A stretch of 64,000 bases of DNA from Lama glama (Eukaryota). Positions 37,351 to 50,689 of the stretch are shown piece by piece. Both the position numbers and the translations under genes were made by a program. Below the pieces are notes generated by a model. That model was not told where the DNA came from, ran no database searches, and was given only the letters and a program-made list of their open reading frames with translations. Each line of letters starts with the position of its first letter. Position 1 is the stretch's first letter. The stretch lies in NCBI GenBank assembly GCA_028534125.1, contig CM052817.1, positions 26,724,001-26,788,000 on the forward strand, in the 5' to 3' direction.

Positions 37351-38329
37351 TTATTTTTTGTTACATTTGGGAACTCAGCATCTACATCATGAGCTCTCAA
37401 CAAACAGTAAAGAATAGATTATGTTAGAGCTTAACTGTTTTTTGCCATCAAATTAAATCACCCTTTTTTTCTTTTGCTCCTAAAATACATGACTTGACAG
37501 GACAATGCTGCATCACTACCCCTTTAGTTATATTATCAGCCTCAGAGAAGAGTCAGCCCAGATAGAGAAAGGGCCTGGAAGATTCATCAATTATGCACTT
37601 CCCTACAGAGAATTTTGTCTGACCTGGGAAGCAAATGGAGGTTTATGATTGTCATAAACTAGGCACTAAAACAAGCGAACTGACAACACAAAAATCACCA
37701 TAAATGTCCTTGTGTATCAGGCCATCGGGGTTCTATGGAAATGCTGTTATGGAGGGTTAAATTGTTGCTTGTCATTCCTAAGATTTACCCAAAATATTCT
37801 GGTTTCAGAATATATTCACTTAGCAAGTTTTGACGTACCATTCAATCAGGCTCAAAGTCCACACAAGTTGGGGAAATCCCTATCACATCATTCAATGTTC
37901 TTCAAAGGAGCTGTAAGTGCAGTCCCTGTTCAAGATGCGCAGAAGATGAGAGGCTGGAGGAGAGAAAGGTTGGGGCATTTATTCCCTAGGTTCCCTCCAT
38001 CCTGGGTTCCAGAGGGAGTCTGCAGCCCTTTACCAAAGGCTCCTGGCAGGGCCTCTGTTTTCTCTGGGTTCTTGGCAGGACGTCACGATCCCTTGTTGAT
38101 TTCCCTAAACCCTAATAATCCCTTTATTAATCTCTCCTCAGTGACCCTGTTGCGTGTACATCTGTTTCCTAAGGGGAATCTGACTGATGGAGCCACCTCC
38201 CATCCACCCCAAAAGATAAAGTCCCTCCAGAAACTGGAGTTTGTTTCAAAACAACTTAGTTGTAGTGGCTGGCAGCAGAGGGAAAACCTTAATTTAGGGG
38301 TGTTTCACCAAGATTTCAAGCTCTTAGAA

Positions 38330-38830
38330 CATCTAATAGAAATATCTAAGAATGCCTGCTATGTGTCAGCATTGGGCTGGGTGCTGGGGATGTGTGGGAA
38401 CCCAGAGCTTAGCCACTCAGGGGGAAAGACCAGCTCTACATAAGTAAACAAATAAAAAATTTCAGCCGGCAGTAAGTGCTGTTAAGTAAATAAAGCAGGG
38501 CAAGGGGATGGAGACAGATAGGGATCAGAGAAGGCCGCTCTGAGACTCTTGTGCTGAGAACTGGGTGAAGAATGGAGTCGGACTGGCAGAGATCTGAGGA
38601 AAGGATAATCTAGGCACAAAGTACAAATGCCCTGTGCAAATGCCCCGGCAGGAACAAGTGCGTTTGTTTGCTCGTTTTGCTGTTAATTACAGGAACGGGA
38701 ACCTGGCGATGAAGGCAGAGGTTGGGGAGGTTGCCAGGGTCCCGTGACGATGGGCTTTGAAAGCATGGTGAGAAGTCTGGCTTTTATTCTAAATCTACAG
38801 AGATGCCACTGGAGAGTGCTGAGCTCTGCA
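38330..38830 (-). mobile_element. L2 fragment
   Basis: gaatgcctgctatgtgtcagcattgggctgggtgctgggga...ggcttttattctaaat...gccactggagagtgctgagc. Confidence 0.75.
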
Positions 38831-38910
38831 GGGGGACATCTGGGAAGATGGAGAATTAGAAAGCATCACATAGAGATGGCTTATTTGGTTTCTTAGAGGA
38901 AGCTTTCTTC

Positions 38911-38966
38911 CTGATTGGTACAATCTGCTTGTGAGAGGATGAGGAGGAGGGGGGCGGGGAGTGGGG
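38911..38966. promoter_or_regulatory. CCAAT box plus GC box pair
   Basis: ctgATTGGt at 38911-38919 and GGGGCGGGG at 38951-38959, about 40 bp apart. Confidence 0.3.
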
Positions 38967-39309
38967 TTAAATTAGCCCTTCTTCAGAAGAGAGCTCCTAA
39001 CCCACTAACAGAAAGTGCATTCAGAGTGTGTGTGCAGGTGGAGAGGGCTGGTGGTGGTAATGGTGCGGTGGTGGGGTGTCCGCGTGCGTGTGTGTGCCTG
39101 CATGCCCATGTGTAGCAGGTGTTGGCGGTGGTATGCATGGCAAAGGCAAGAAAAAGCAAAGAAAAAAACAAAGAAAAGGCAAGGTAAAGCAACAGCAGCT
39201 AGGCAGGGGTGGAGCCTGTGGCCCAGCTCGCCCTCCTGAACTCCAGCCCGAAGAGCAACTGTCTGCTGCACCCTCTCCTCGCAGCACCTCAGACTCACCA
39301 CGTCCTGCC

Positions 39310-40250
39310 CTGACCTCATTCTCTTAACCCCAAACTTGCTTCCCTTCCTCTGTGCCCATCTTAGCAAGTGGATCTCATCCTTCAAGTCACCAAGCCAGAA
39401 CCCTGGATGGCACCTGACTCTCCTTCTTCCTCAATCACTGAGGCTCATGGAATCCACTCTCAGTCCCCTTTTTTTGAAGGAAACATTAATTTTTAAAATT
39501 GAGACATAATTGATAGATAGCATTATATAAACTTAATATGGACAACAGAATGACTTGATATATGTAGCTATTTGAAGTGATCACCACAATAAGGTTAGTT
39601 AATATCCATCAACCACATATGAATCTCCATGTCTAGTCCCCTTTCTTTCTATTCCCACAGCTACCATCTTGGTTCAGCCTTGTATGGTTTCCTCCTAACT
39701 CCAGTCCTTGTTGCCAAAGAGATCTTTCCAAAACTAGTGTCTGATTGGGTCACTCACTACTCATTGGTCAGCAAAGCATACCAAGTCCTCTGGGATGGGC
39801 TCCCTGCCTCTCTCTCCAGTCTGATGTCTCGTCTCAACTCCATCTTTCTATACTATGACCCGACTGTTCCTTACAGTTTCCTGAACACAGTATTCTGGCT
39901 CTAGGCTAGGTCATGTGTCTACACCGGCCCCTGCCTATTTCTTCTCCAAACTTAAGTCCTACTCTCAATGCCTGTTACTTTGTCAAAACAATTCAACTGT
40001 CTCTTCCTCTAAGAAATCTTGTCTTATCACCACCCTGGTAGAATCCATTGCCTCATTACTGCCTCTGCCCACATTGGACTCTCCTCCAACTTCTATTAGG
40101 GACATTTAATTGTCCTTTTTTATAAACTGTCTCCCTGGATTAACTAGTCAGTGAGAGCCTTGAAGGTAGGAGCTGTGTTATTGTACCTTTGTATTCCTAG
40201 CACCTATCAGAGAGCCTGGCTCACAGGAAGTGCTCAGCACATACTCAGAA
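39310..40250 (+). mobile_element. L2 3' fragment, interrupted by L1
   Basis: gttgccaaagagatctttccaaaac...gtgagagccttgaaggtaggagctgtg...agcctggctcacaggaagtgctcag. Confidence 0.7.
39482..39620 (-). mobile_element. L1 3' end (L1MA-like), antisense
   Basis: aaattgagacataattgatagatagcattatataa...atcaccacaataaggttagttaatatccatca. Confidence 0.75.
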
Positions 40251-40554
40251 ACAGAACCTTCAGAGAGATATGGAGTGTGCCAAAAGACAAAGTTAGAGAA
40301 GAGACACTTTGGGATCAAAGGCTAATTGCCAAAGAGGGTGAAGAACGAGAAAAGAGAAAAGGAGAACAAAGCAAGGTCAAGAATAAGACGCAAGGAGAGC
40401 AAGTACTCTTAACACTGAACACAACTTGCCAATGAATGGATGCTCCGACAGCCTTCCAGAAACCACAGCAGCACAGCACACAGGGTCTTTGAGGGCAATG
40501 TCAGATACTTTACAAGGCCAGTCATAACAAGCACAATGATACCTTCACAATTAA

Positions 40555-40800
40555 TAATTACCAACAAACTGAGAGCTTCTCACGTGCCAGGCCCTTTACA
40601 TTGGTTGTATATCTTAATCCTCATAAAAATGCTATCAGGTAGGGACTATTATTGTCCCATTTTATAGATGAGGAAATCACGGCTTTGCAAGTTGAGAATA
40701 CTAGTCCAAGGTCGTACGACTAGAAAATGGCAGATCTGGAATTCAAGCCCAGGTCTGCCAGCCTCCAAAATCTGAGCTTTTAACCACAATTACTATGGTG
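40555..40800 (-). mobile_element. MIR SINE, near full length
   Basis: tattattgtcccattttatagatgaggaaatcacggc...ggaattcaagcccaggtctgccagcctccaaaatctgagcttttaaccac. Confidence 0.88.
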
Positions 40801-41173
40801 CTTACAGCATAAAATATCATTTAAGAGCTTTATAAAATCACCTATAGCTAGACTAATTAAACTATACTATCAAATGATTCTCTTAACCAGCTGAGTTGTT
40901 TAAAGTGTCAAAGTTTAGATTGTGAGATTTCCCCTAAGATAAGTGGAATTAAATATGTGATGCAGTTTTGCAATCAAAAAGTATCCAAGACCACCTGAGT
41001 CTGACAAGCTTTGAGAAAAAAAAATAAGAATTACTAAATATATGTCATGATTGCTATGATACAGAATTCCCTGTCTGTGTTTTTAACTGAGCTCATTGTG
41101 ATAATCTCTCAAGGTAAATTGGTGAGAACCCTGTGGACCATGACACGGAACCTTTCGTTCCAGTCCAACAGAC

Positions 41174-41677
41174 CAGTGCTGTTCTGTATTAATTCATGCG
41201 AGACATTTATGGGATTTTAAGTTTTATGGTAGCTATATTTAAAAGGTACAAAAGAACAGGTGACATCCGTTTTAATACATTTTCTTTAACTCAGCATATC
41301 CAAAACATTATCACTTCAACATGTCATCAAGATAAAAATTAATTACTAAATGAGATATTTTACATTCACTTCTTTTATGAGGTCTTCAAAATCTGGTGTG
41401 TATTTTATGCTAATGGCAACATCCCAATTTGGATGCTACATTTTCACTGGAAATAATCTGTATTGTATAAAATTTACAGTTGATAAAGTAGACATACATC
41501 CAGGTTGTTCCAAACATATAAGCTTCCCAATAAAGTTGTATTTAACCAAAGAAGTGTGTACACTGCTTTCTGCTTTTAACATTTTAATTAAGTAAAATTT
41601 AAAAAATTCAGCTCAGTCACACTAGCCAAATTTCAGTGGCCACAAGTAGCTAGTGGCCATTGCATTGGAAAGTGTAG
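41174..41677. mobile_element. Charlie1/MER33-like hAT element
   Basis: cagtgctgtt...atatccaaaacattatcacttcaacatg...atgagatattttacattc...gtcacactagccaaatttcagtggccacaagtagctagtggccattgcattgga. Confidence 0.8.
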
Positions 41678-44600
41678 CATGTAGTATGTTTTGTGGGTTT
41701 TTGGGGGTTTTTCTTCCCCACTTGCTCAAAATGGAAAGGTCCAAAAGCTGAAAGGAGTGCTAGCCAATACCGTGAAGTGACAGCTCCGGCCTTACAGGGA
41801 GCGTTACCTTTGCATTCACTGCTTCTGTTACAGTTGCACAACCAGTGGTTGAAAAATAACGCACAGAAAATGGCTGTGAGGAACATTATTAACTCATTAT
41901 TTTGCTTTTCTAACACGTTGTACTTGGGGACATTAAATGAATACCTAGCCCATGTGACTGGACTACTTAGATTTTATCCCAACAAATCCTTGTTTGCAAA
42001 ATCAAGAAAACTAAGAGGATTAGGTGTTTCCATGTTAGTTAAACTAGGAAAACAGAGTTGCTGCTGTTTATTTTAAAACTTTACTGCACACGGGGGGGAA
42101 AAATTAATGTGGAATGAAATTTGTGTGCCAAATAAAAATGAAAAAAGGAAAATAAAATCAAGTCCCTTTGAGCCTCATTCTTAGCATCTTTCTCATTTCA
42201 GAGCACCAGAACTAGTTTGCAATCATCAAGAATGGTGACTTTTATTGGAGAAGAAAGGAAGCAAATAAATGACCCCATATATATACCTAACTGTTTCATT
42301 AGGCTCTAAGAAACTGACCTTTAAAGGTCTTGTATAAAGAAAAGCACATACATTACACAATTGCCTATTATTTTCTTGCCTCATACCGGCTGTCTTGGTT
42401 AACCGGAGTAACCACATTGCTGGGGCTTCTTGGGGCAAAACCATCTTAGCATCCATACTTCACAAGAAAATCAAAGCAATCCAGGCAACTCCAGAAGACG
42501 AAGGTGTTTCAGCACATGATCAAGCATGGTTTATTAACCACGCTCCTACTGTTACTAATGAGATCATGACAGGTCATCCATCAAGCACCATGCAGAGAAC
42601 ACAGCTTTGTAGCGCAAGCACAGAGGCTATTTCTATTCATTGGTGGTGCCCAGCACCAAAAACAATGCCTGGCAAATAGCAGGCACTCTAGAAATACTTG
42701 TTGAATGAATGAATAAATACATTCCAGGAACAAAGGTGGAGTGAGCATTCTTTGGAGTCTGGAAGGTGGCAAGCGGGATGGCATCCTTCATCTCTTCCCA
42801 CACCAGCCTCTTCCCCCCACCACAAGCTCCCTCCCTAAAGTACACTTGATGTGTCAGATCTGCTCAGTTCAACAAGGGTTCACTGCATGCGCAGCACCAC
42901 GCTAAACGCCCCAGGACCAGGAATCCATAAGAAAGGGAAGAGAGGGCACACGTCTGAGAGAATTAACGTGTCAGGAAGAGGCCATAAACTCCAGGCCCCC
43001 TCCTCCCACTTCTCTGCAGAGCACGTTGCATGTGGGGATAACTGTGTTGTGATCCGATGTGTTCGTCCAGTTGAGGTTTTCGGGGGATGGGGGGGAAATC
43101 CTGTTGGGTTGTGCTGGTGGTGGACGCCTTCTCTAAAGGATGTAACCATTCCTAATGTTAGACACCCTGAAAAGAGGCACCTTATATCAGAAATATATCT
43201 CAGAAATTAGCCTTTGACCACCAGCAACAGAAACTCCTGTGATTTGGGGTTTTCTCTTGGACGAGGAGTCAGGCTTCTGGAGAGTTAATAGCAACTGCCA
43301 CTTCATGGAAATGTGAGGGAAGGAGACCGAGAGTAAAGGCCCAACTGCAAGTAAAGGTGGACAAGCCTTATGTGGTTAGCCAGAGTATCTAGTCGTATCT
43401 CACCTTCTGTGCTAGTCCACCCCCTCAAGCATCCTATATCCAGCTTAGACTCAAGTTTTAAAGTGGGAGCAGCAATCCTGTTCTTGCTACTGAGAACAGC
43501 CAGGGCGCAGTGGGGGTAGGGGGGGATATTAATTGGTGAGAGCTGTCCATAGAGAAGGTGGTCCTTGGAAACAAGAGTCACAGCTAGGAGGACCAGGCAC
43601 CCCTCCCCACTGATGACCCTCTCCATTGCCAACCTAGAAGACCTGAGTTCCCTTTTAAGAGTGTTTTCTGGGTTAGCTTACAGAAGACAATGCATATATA
43701 CTCACAGGAGGTAAATATAAGCTAGCACCATGATGGAGTGAATGGGGACTGGAGGGGGTATGGGTTCAGAACAGCTGTACACAGGCACTGAACAAATACT
43801 TCATTTAACAGTGTGACCCGAAGCATATTGCATGACTTCCTTGGTCCTCAGTGTCTTTATCCATAAAATTATTTGGACTGAATATTACTAAAGGAAACTT
43901 CCTGTTCTGCCACGGGAAAAAAATGTGTGATATACACTAACTGTTGGAAGAGTTGAGAATGGAGAATTCTGTGCTGGGATGGCTGGAAAGGACTTGGCGG
44001 AGGTGGCAGGACTTGCAATGGGACTGAGAATGAGGAGGATTGAGGTAACCAGGGAGACAAGCAGGGGAAGGGACAAAGGAAAGACCTGTTCAAACAGACT
44101 CAGAGACTTAGATGCGGGGATCCTTGAGGAGTGGAGGTGATAAGGGGCTGCTGGGGCCATGGACAGGGCTCAAGGAGGAGCTGAGGGGACAGCAGGGGTG
44201 GGGGTGATACTGAGGAAGAGACAAGTGGCCCTGTGCTTCTAAACATTTACTCATTCAATAAACATGTGTTAAGACTATGTGCCATGCACTCAATGCTGGG
44301 GGCGGGGAGAATGTGGACACTAAATACAGACAAAATAAGTGGAACTGCTTTTTCCTTCCACTTCTATGAATTCTTTCCCCATCCAGGAATGTGTTGGGGT
44401 TTGTTTTAACTTGACTTCACTAAATAAAATATTGGAGAAGGTTGAGTGGAGTTCTTCCCCTAACCCTTCAGACCCTTGGCTTATCTAGGTAATGGGCATA
44501 ATGACACCCTCCAAAGACAGTTGTAAAAATTAAATGAGATGCCCAGGGCAGAGTGAGGAGGATGCCACACCAATTAGGATTACTAATTACATTAGACAAG

Positions 44601-45588
44601 TTAATGGTAGTGCCCTAAACAAAGGCTGGTCACTGGCATTTTCACTGATTTCATTCCAAGGAAGTAAAAAGATGAAATTGCAGTTCCCAGGAATTATAGG
44701 GACTTGCCTCGTGTCAAGGCCTTGAAGCCAGGCCCAAAATTTGGGCCACCACGAGTGGCATCAAAGTCTATTTCTTTTTAGAACCTCTTTTGCCTCCTCA
44801 GTTCATGGGGCCTGACAGTGTCATCTGGGAAGGGGACCCCAGCCCAGTGCCTGGCCCACTGACTTCCCACTTCTTTGAGGTGTGCAAAGCCCTCCCAGAC
44901 CCTGCAACTCAAAGGACCAGGGGCGCAGAGTGGACACAAAGCCATGATACATTCCGGCCTGTGGCCAAAGAGGGCTGCCAGCTACAGCAGAATGCCAAGT
45001 GACATCCGAATCTCAGATAAACAACCAATGATTTTATTTGCTCAATACAGCAATCTTAGACCAACAGGAATGGTGCCTGCAGGCAAGGTGAGTCAGGCAG
45101 GCTTCCTGAGGGAACATCCCAGCATCCCTGAAACTTCCTTATTTAAAATTCAATGGTTCTCCAGCAAGGTAATTACTTCTTGGGTGGTTTCCCTTTCAGG
45201 ATTCAAAGTGTCACAACTGTGAATACTCGATGAGAGTAATGACAACACCTAGAAGGTCTTTACATACGTCTACTTCAAACTGACCAACTGCGCCTTGAAG
45301 TGTTAGGGTAGGGGAGGAAGCCATAACACAACCTTAAAAACACTGAAGCAAAAAGAGCACTATGTTTCTGAAATTCACATGCAAATTCACTGGCTGGGAT
45401 GAGAGCCTAGAAGCTTCCCAGGTGTGGCAGTAGCCAGACTTTGACCAAGGAGACAAATTTATGTTAGTTCCCACTGTCTCCATTCTCTCGGATCCCAGAG
45501 ACAGCTGCCTGGGTTCTTAGTCTCAGGATGTAGTGATGAGCTGTCTACAACTATAAATAACTGCTCGAATTAAGACTCCAAGAAAGAG

Positions 45589-45725
45589 GGAGGAGGGTGT
45601 AGCTCAGTGGTACAGCACGTGCTTAGCATGCACAAGGTCCTGGATTCAATCTCTGGTACCTCGCCTAAAAAGAAAAAATAAATAAACCTAATTACCTCCC
45701 CCTCCCAAAATAAATAAGTAAATGA
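45589..45725 (+). mobile_element. Camelid tRNA-derived SINE, full length
   Basis: ggaggagggtgtagctcagtggtacagcacgtgcttagcatgcacaaggtcctggattcaatc...aaacctaattacctcccc; perfect 17-bp TSD aagactccaagaaagag (45572-45588 / 45726-45742). Confidence 0.95.
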
Positions 45726-45989
45726 AAGACTCCAAGAAAGAGCCCAAGAGAGAAGGTTGTACCAGGAATTTATAAAAGAGGGCAGGCAGGGAAAGGTGAC
45801 AAGGAGAAGCAATGATGATAATCTGTGTGCATCCGAATCTGTCTCTCTCTCTCACTCGTTGGCAATGGGAGACACTTTCACTCCAGTAGCGTCTGCGTGT
45901 CTGTGTCGGAATTTTGGCTGACACATCTCGCATTGTTTCTCTTTCAATCCCTCTGGAGTGCCATCAAAAATTCTGATATTTGATCAGAT

Positions 45990-46215
45990 ATTGCTGAGGA
46001 CTGAGGGGGAGGGGGGATAGAGAGGTGATAACTAAAGGTTTCTTTCTGAGGTGATGAAAATTTTCTAGACTGACGGTGGTAAAATGACTGTTTTAGTGTT
46101 CAAAAATCGACTAGGGTGATGGCTGCCCAGATCTAGGAATATACTAAAATCCAGTGAAATGTGCACTTTAAATGGCTGAACTATATGGAGTGTGACTCCT
46201 ATCTCAATAAAACCT
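45990..46215 (+). mobile_element. L1MB-like 3' end
   Basis: ggtttctttctgaggtgatgaaaattttctagac...gtgcactttaaatggctgaac...atctcaataaaa. Confidence 0.8.
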
Positions 46216-46889
46216 CTTTTTCCCCTTAATTCTGGTATTAAGCAAGCGATGAGCACGTGGTAAGGCAGAGGACATAGGTCCTAAGTCCTTATGGGGCAGG
46301 GAAGGCCCTGAGGGAAGCAGCTACTTTGGTTTCTTTTTTCTGCTTTTGATAGAAACAAGAGCTCATCTTTCACTTTCTTCTAATTCCATTAATTAGAAAA
46401 AACAGCAACTCAAATGGTCTGACCTTTGGCCTCACTAAGAGGGGGTGAGGGCTATGCCCAACTGGAAAGGGCTTTCCCCAGCCACAACGGGCAGAAGGGG
46501 CAGCCTACACCCACTCTAGCTGGCAGTTGCCAGGTGGATACAGGCCAGGTACTGACTAAGTTTTGTTTTGTTTTGTTTTGTTTTCTAACAAGACAAATCC
46601 AGATGGTGCTGGGGGTTGGGGAGTGGAGACAAAGTGAGAGAGAAAATTCTCTTAAAGTTTAAATGTGGGCAACTAATTGGATTTTTTAAGACAGGGAGGG
46701 ACAGTAGTGCATGGAAGAACAAACACATCTTGGGGCCCTCATTTTGCCTGTGAACTGCCCATGTGCCCCCTCTTATCTCAGGTCACTATGTGGTCCTCTT
46801 CGCTAGGCAAGGGTCCCTCTTTCCAAGCTGAAGACACACGGCCTCACTTGGTGATCAGCACACAACTTGGCTGTGGCTATCTTAAAAAG

Positions 46890-47345
46890 CAACAGCCCAA
46901 AGGGTGGAAACTACCCAAATGTCCATCAACAGATGAAGGGATAAACAAAATGTGGTGTAGCCACACAATGGAGTATTATCCAATCTTAAAAAGGAATGAA
47001 ATATTGATACATACTGTAACATGGATGGACCTCAAATACATCAGGCTACGTGAAAAACGCCAGATGTAAAAGGCCACATGTTGTATGATTCTATTTCATA
47101 TGATTCTAGAGTAAGTAAATCCATAAAGACAGAAGGCAGATTAGTGGTGACTGGCAGCTGGGGGAAGGTGAAGTAAGGAGTGATTTCTTACAAGGGGTCT
47201 CTTTTAGAGGTGATGAAAATGTTTTCAGACTAGATAAAGATGATGGTTGCATTACATTGGAAATGCACTAAATACCACTAAATTGTACACTCTAATTAGT
47301 TTTATGTTATATGAATTTCAGTTCACCTCAATGTTTTAAAAAAGG
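46890..47345 (+). mobile_element. L1MB-like 3' fragment
   Basis: ggaaactacccaaatgtccatcaacagatgaagggataaacaaaatgtgg...gtgatgaaaatgttttc...aaattgtacactc. Confidence 0.88.
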
Positions 47346-48134
47346 TAACAGAATCTGGGGGTGAGAAAAATCAAGGAGTGGCAGGTGTGTGGGGGCAAGT
47401 TCACAATTATCTTGGCAGGTGATGGGTTCTACCTGGGACCAGAGGGCTCCCCAGAGGGTAAAACACTGGGAGGAGTTCTCTAGGTAGGAGAGAGGGCACA
47501 GGACACATCATATGTGAAGAAATACGGCAGAAAAAGTACATGATGTTTCAGGCACTGGCAAGAATTAGGTGTATGAAAACTGAATCTCTCAAAGTTTATA
47601 TGTATTTTGGATGCTTAGGAGAGATTCTCTTTGGTAATCCCAAAGTGAGTCACTTCCAAAAATATGTTTTACAACTTGGGAAAAGTGCCTATTCATAAAC
47701 AAAGTGGTACTACACTTGTTCTTACGGTGACTGCTCATCTCCAGACATCTACCACTTCCCATTCGAATTTCAAATGAAGAATCTTTGACCTTTGCTTAAA
47801 AAGTTCAAGTTGTTTCCTAACTATTCAATCTTTTTTTTTCTTTTTCTTAGTTCTTTAGGTTGAGTAGATTGCAGTTACAGGGACTCAGCAAAAACCAGCA
47901 TTAACACGGAATACAAGGAAAGCATCACTTGACAAGCATTAACTTATTTTCCTGTTATTTACAGCATCCTGTACCACAGTAACTTTTAAGTAACTACTTC
48001 ATAATGCATAGCTGGACTGCGTGACTTCAAGGTGTTTTTGTAACTGTTCACTGGCATTTGTGAAGTAATTTTTACAATTCTGTAAATTAACATTCTCTTA
48101 CCAAACTTGATATAAAAAAGAATCAATCACATAA

Positions 48135-48730
48135 ATCAAAACCACTATAAGACACCACTTTACACACATTAGATGGCTATTATATAGTTAAAAAAAAAGA
48201 AAATAACAGATGTCAACCATTCCACAAAAAATTACACAGAATTTTTATATGATCCAGCAATTCCACTCCTAGGTATAAACTCAAAGGAATTAAAAGCAGG
48301 GACTCAAAGAGATACTTGCACACTAGCATTCATAGCAACATTATTCACAATAGCTAAAAAGTTCACCAAGCCAAGTATCATCAACTGACAAATGGATAAA
48401 CAAAATGTGTTACTTATACATAGGTTAAATATAGTCAGTCTCAAAAAGGAATAAAATTCTGACACATGATACAATACAAATGAAACTTGAGGACACTATG
48501 CTAAGTGTAACAAGCCAGTCATAAAAAGTCAAATACCATATAAAACTACTACTGAGATATCCAGACTAGTCAAATTCATAGTAAAGTAAAATGGTGGTTG
48601 CCAGGGGTTGGGGGAGGGAAAATGAGGAGTTATTATTTAATAAGTTTTGGTTTGAGAATATGGAAAAGTTCCAGGGATGGATGGTAAAAATAGTAAATTT
48701 TATATTATGTATATCTTACCACAATAAAAA
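48135..48730 (+). mobile_element. L1MA/MB-like 3' fragment
   Basis: atgatccagcaattccactcctaggtata...agcagggactcaaagagatacttgcacac...ttaccacaataaaaa. Confidence 0.88.
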
Positions 48731-48889
48731 CCATCTTTCGTTTCAGGTATATGTCAAAATGCAGATCCCCAGGCTTGGGATCCAGAGTGAGTCTGACCTA
48801 GAACTCAGTCTGCACATACTTGAGAATCTCTGCTCCTTCATGTCCTCACTGAAATGGCATTCTGAACCTTAGTTCAGTTTATTATCCCC

Positions 48890-48989
48890 NNNNNNNNNNN
48901 NNNNNNNNNNNNNNNNNNNNNNNNNNNNNNNNNNNNNNNNNNNNNNNNNNNNNNNNNNNNNNNNNNNNNNNNNNNNNNNNNNNNNNNNN
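48890..48989. other. Assembly gap (100 N)
   Basis: N run. Confidence 1.
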
Positions 48990-49631
48990 GGAGATGTTTT
49001 GTGAAACAGCATGTTCCAGTGTCTTTCACATCTCCTGTACTGAGATAGCAAATCTGTGCGCAGTGACACTGGACCAAGATAGGGAAAGTCAAGGCCTTGT
49101 GGTATGGCTGTCTTCTAGATCTGAGGCCAGAGCTCAGACTCAAAAGCAATCATCGCACGGGTACACCGATCGCTGGCAGGAGTATATAAAGTGTTGTGGC
49201 TACCACGCTCCTCCGCCTGGTGCTGAAGGCCTGGCCTCACCAGACCTTACTCATCTTCCTTCTGACTTCTCCCTCTATTCTCTTCATACAACATCAGACT
49301 GACTTGTTCTGTTTGCAACCCGGTATCTCTGCCTCAGTGACTCTGCTCATGCTCCCCATGGCCTAGAATATTCTTGCTCTAAACTCCATGGATCCAGATC
49401 CTTGTTTTTCCCTGCCACCTTCTTCAAGAAGCCCTTCAGATTGTTCCCAGAAGGAAACCGTCTCTCCCTCCTTTCTACTCCAATACTTTTTCTGTACCTG
49501 TCTTACAGCCTTTATCATACTCAACTTTGATTCTTTACCCTGTAGTATTTGTCATTTTCTATTTTTTTCAATCTCAATCACTTAAAAATTCCTTGAGATC
49601 GAAGTCTGAGTATCATTAGTCTTTGTAGTCT

Positions 49632-49825
49632 TTCTTTTTCTTCCTTCCAGTTTTACTGAGATCTAATCGACATTCAGCCCTGTATACTTTTGGGTGGAGG
49701 AGAAGGGGATGGAGGTAATTAGGTTCTGTTTTTTAATTTTTTTTTAAATGGAGGTACTGGGGATTGAACCCAGGACCTCATGTTTGCCAGGCACAGACTC
49801 TACCACTGGGCTATACCCTCCCTCC
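49632..49825 (-). mobile_element. Camelid tRNA-derived SINE with an L1-like 3' extension
   Basis: Reverse SINE head at about 49748-49825, body to about 49690, then an L1-3'-end-like segment and polyT; both enclosed by the 8-bp TSD tgtagtct (49624-49631 / 49826-49833). Confidence 0.88.
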
Positions 49826-50689
49826 TGTAGTCTGTCTCTTGAGGCAGACACCACACATTGCTATTCCCCTCTTCTTCCCTAAGGGAATACCAAGGTCTCT
49901 CCAAAAACAGATGAACTGCCAGGCTTCAAAGCCCTTGACGCTCACGCTCGGACATCCCCCAAGTAAGTGCTCAGCACCACGCATTGGTCAGCTATTATTG
50001 GAAGAGGAAATGACCAGCTGGAACAAACATCTGCTCAAATTCTGGCTCAGGAAAGAGGAAGATCCATCGTTAAAGAAACCAGGGAGAGGTATCATTATTA
50101 TTTTTGCAAAAGAAATTGAAATAACCTCATCAACTCTTCATAGAGTTTATGTTTAAAAGATGCTTTGTTCAATTACTCTTTGCTGACATCCGCCTGTCTA
50201 TCTGTAGCTGGTGTGGTCACTGTCTCTTGCTGTACAATAAGCCGGAATTCTAGGAGTTGAAGACAAGGGAAGTCCAAGGGAACTCAGTGTGCCAAATCAG
50301 AGACACGGGCAAAGCCCACTGCTAAGCCGGGAACTTCTGGGGGAGGGAGGAGGATGACTATCCCTGGAGCTGTTCTTTCTGTCACAGGACAGATGGAATT
50401 TGCTGGTGCTGTAGGCATGGGGGTGGAAAAGCAAGAGCAAGAGGAAAAGAAGCTTAAAGCCAAGGACCAAGATATAATCATTCAGGGGATGGGGGCTGGG
50501 AGGGGAGCGGTCAATCATGCTTTTGTGAAGAGACAAGAGAAAAGGAGAATTTCTAGGCCATTTTAAAAAAAGTCTTTTGTCCACTTCAGCCAGCTCCCAG
50601 CCAAGGCACCTAGACCTACACACCAATCTTTCTGTAGCCAGATTATCTACTCTGTGTATGTGTGTGTGTAAATGCCAGACAAAGGGCAT

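Noticed and set aside
37712..38443. Longest ORF (243 aa, + strand)
   Set aside because: GTG start, no recognisable domain, the 3' end runs into an L2, and it is opposite to the inferred host strand; consistent with a chance ORF.
38915..39385. Stack of overlapping ORFs on both strands
   Set aside because: Explained by low-complexity GT/GA-rich sequence that is poor in stop codons.
45051..45093. Plus-strand AAG|GTGAGT donor with a possible 37-nt exon
   Set aside because: Isolated with a weak acceptor; the motif is equally explained as an AP-1 site (TGAGTCA) or chance.
46677..47069. 130-aa ORF; likewise ORFs at 15099-15422, 10969-11278 and 56000-56292
   Set aside because: Derived wholly or partly from L1 ORF2-end/3'UTR sequence, in sense or antisense.
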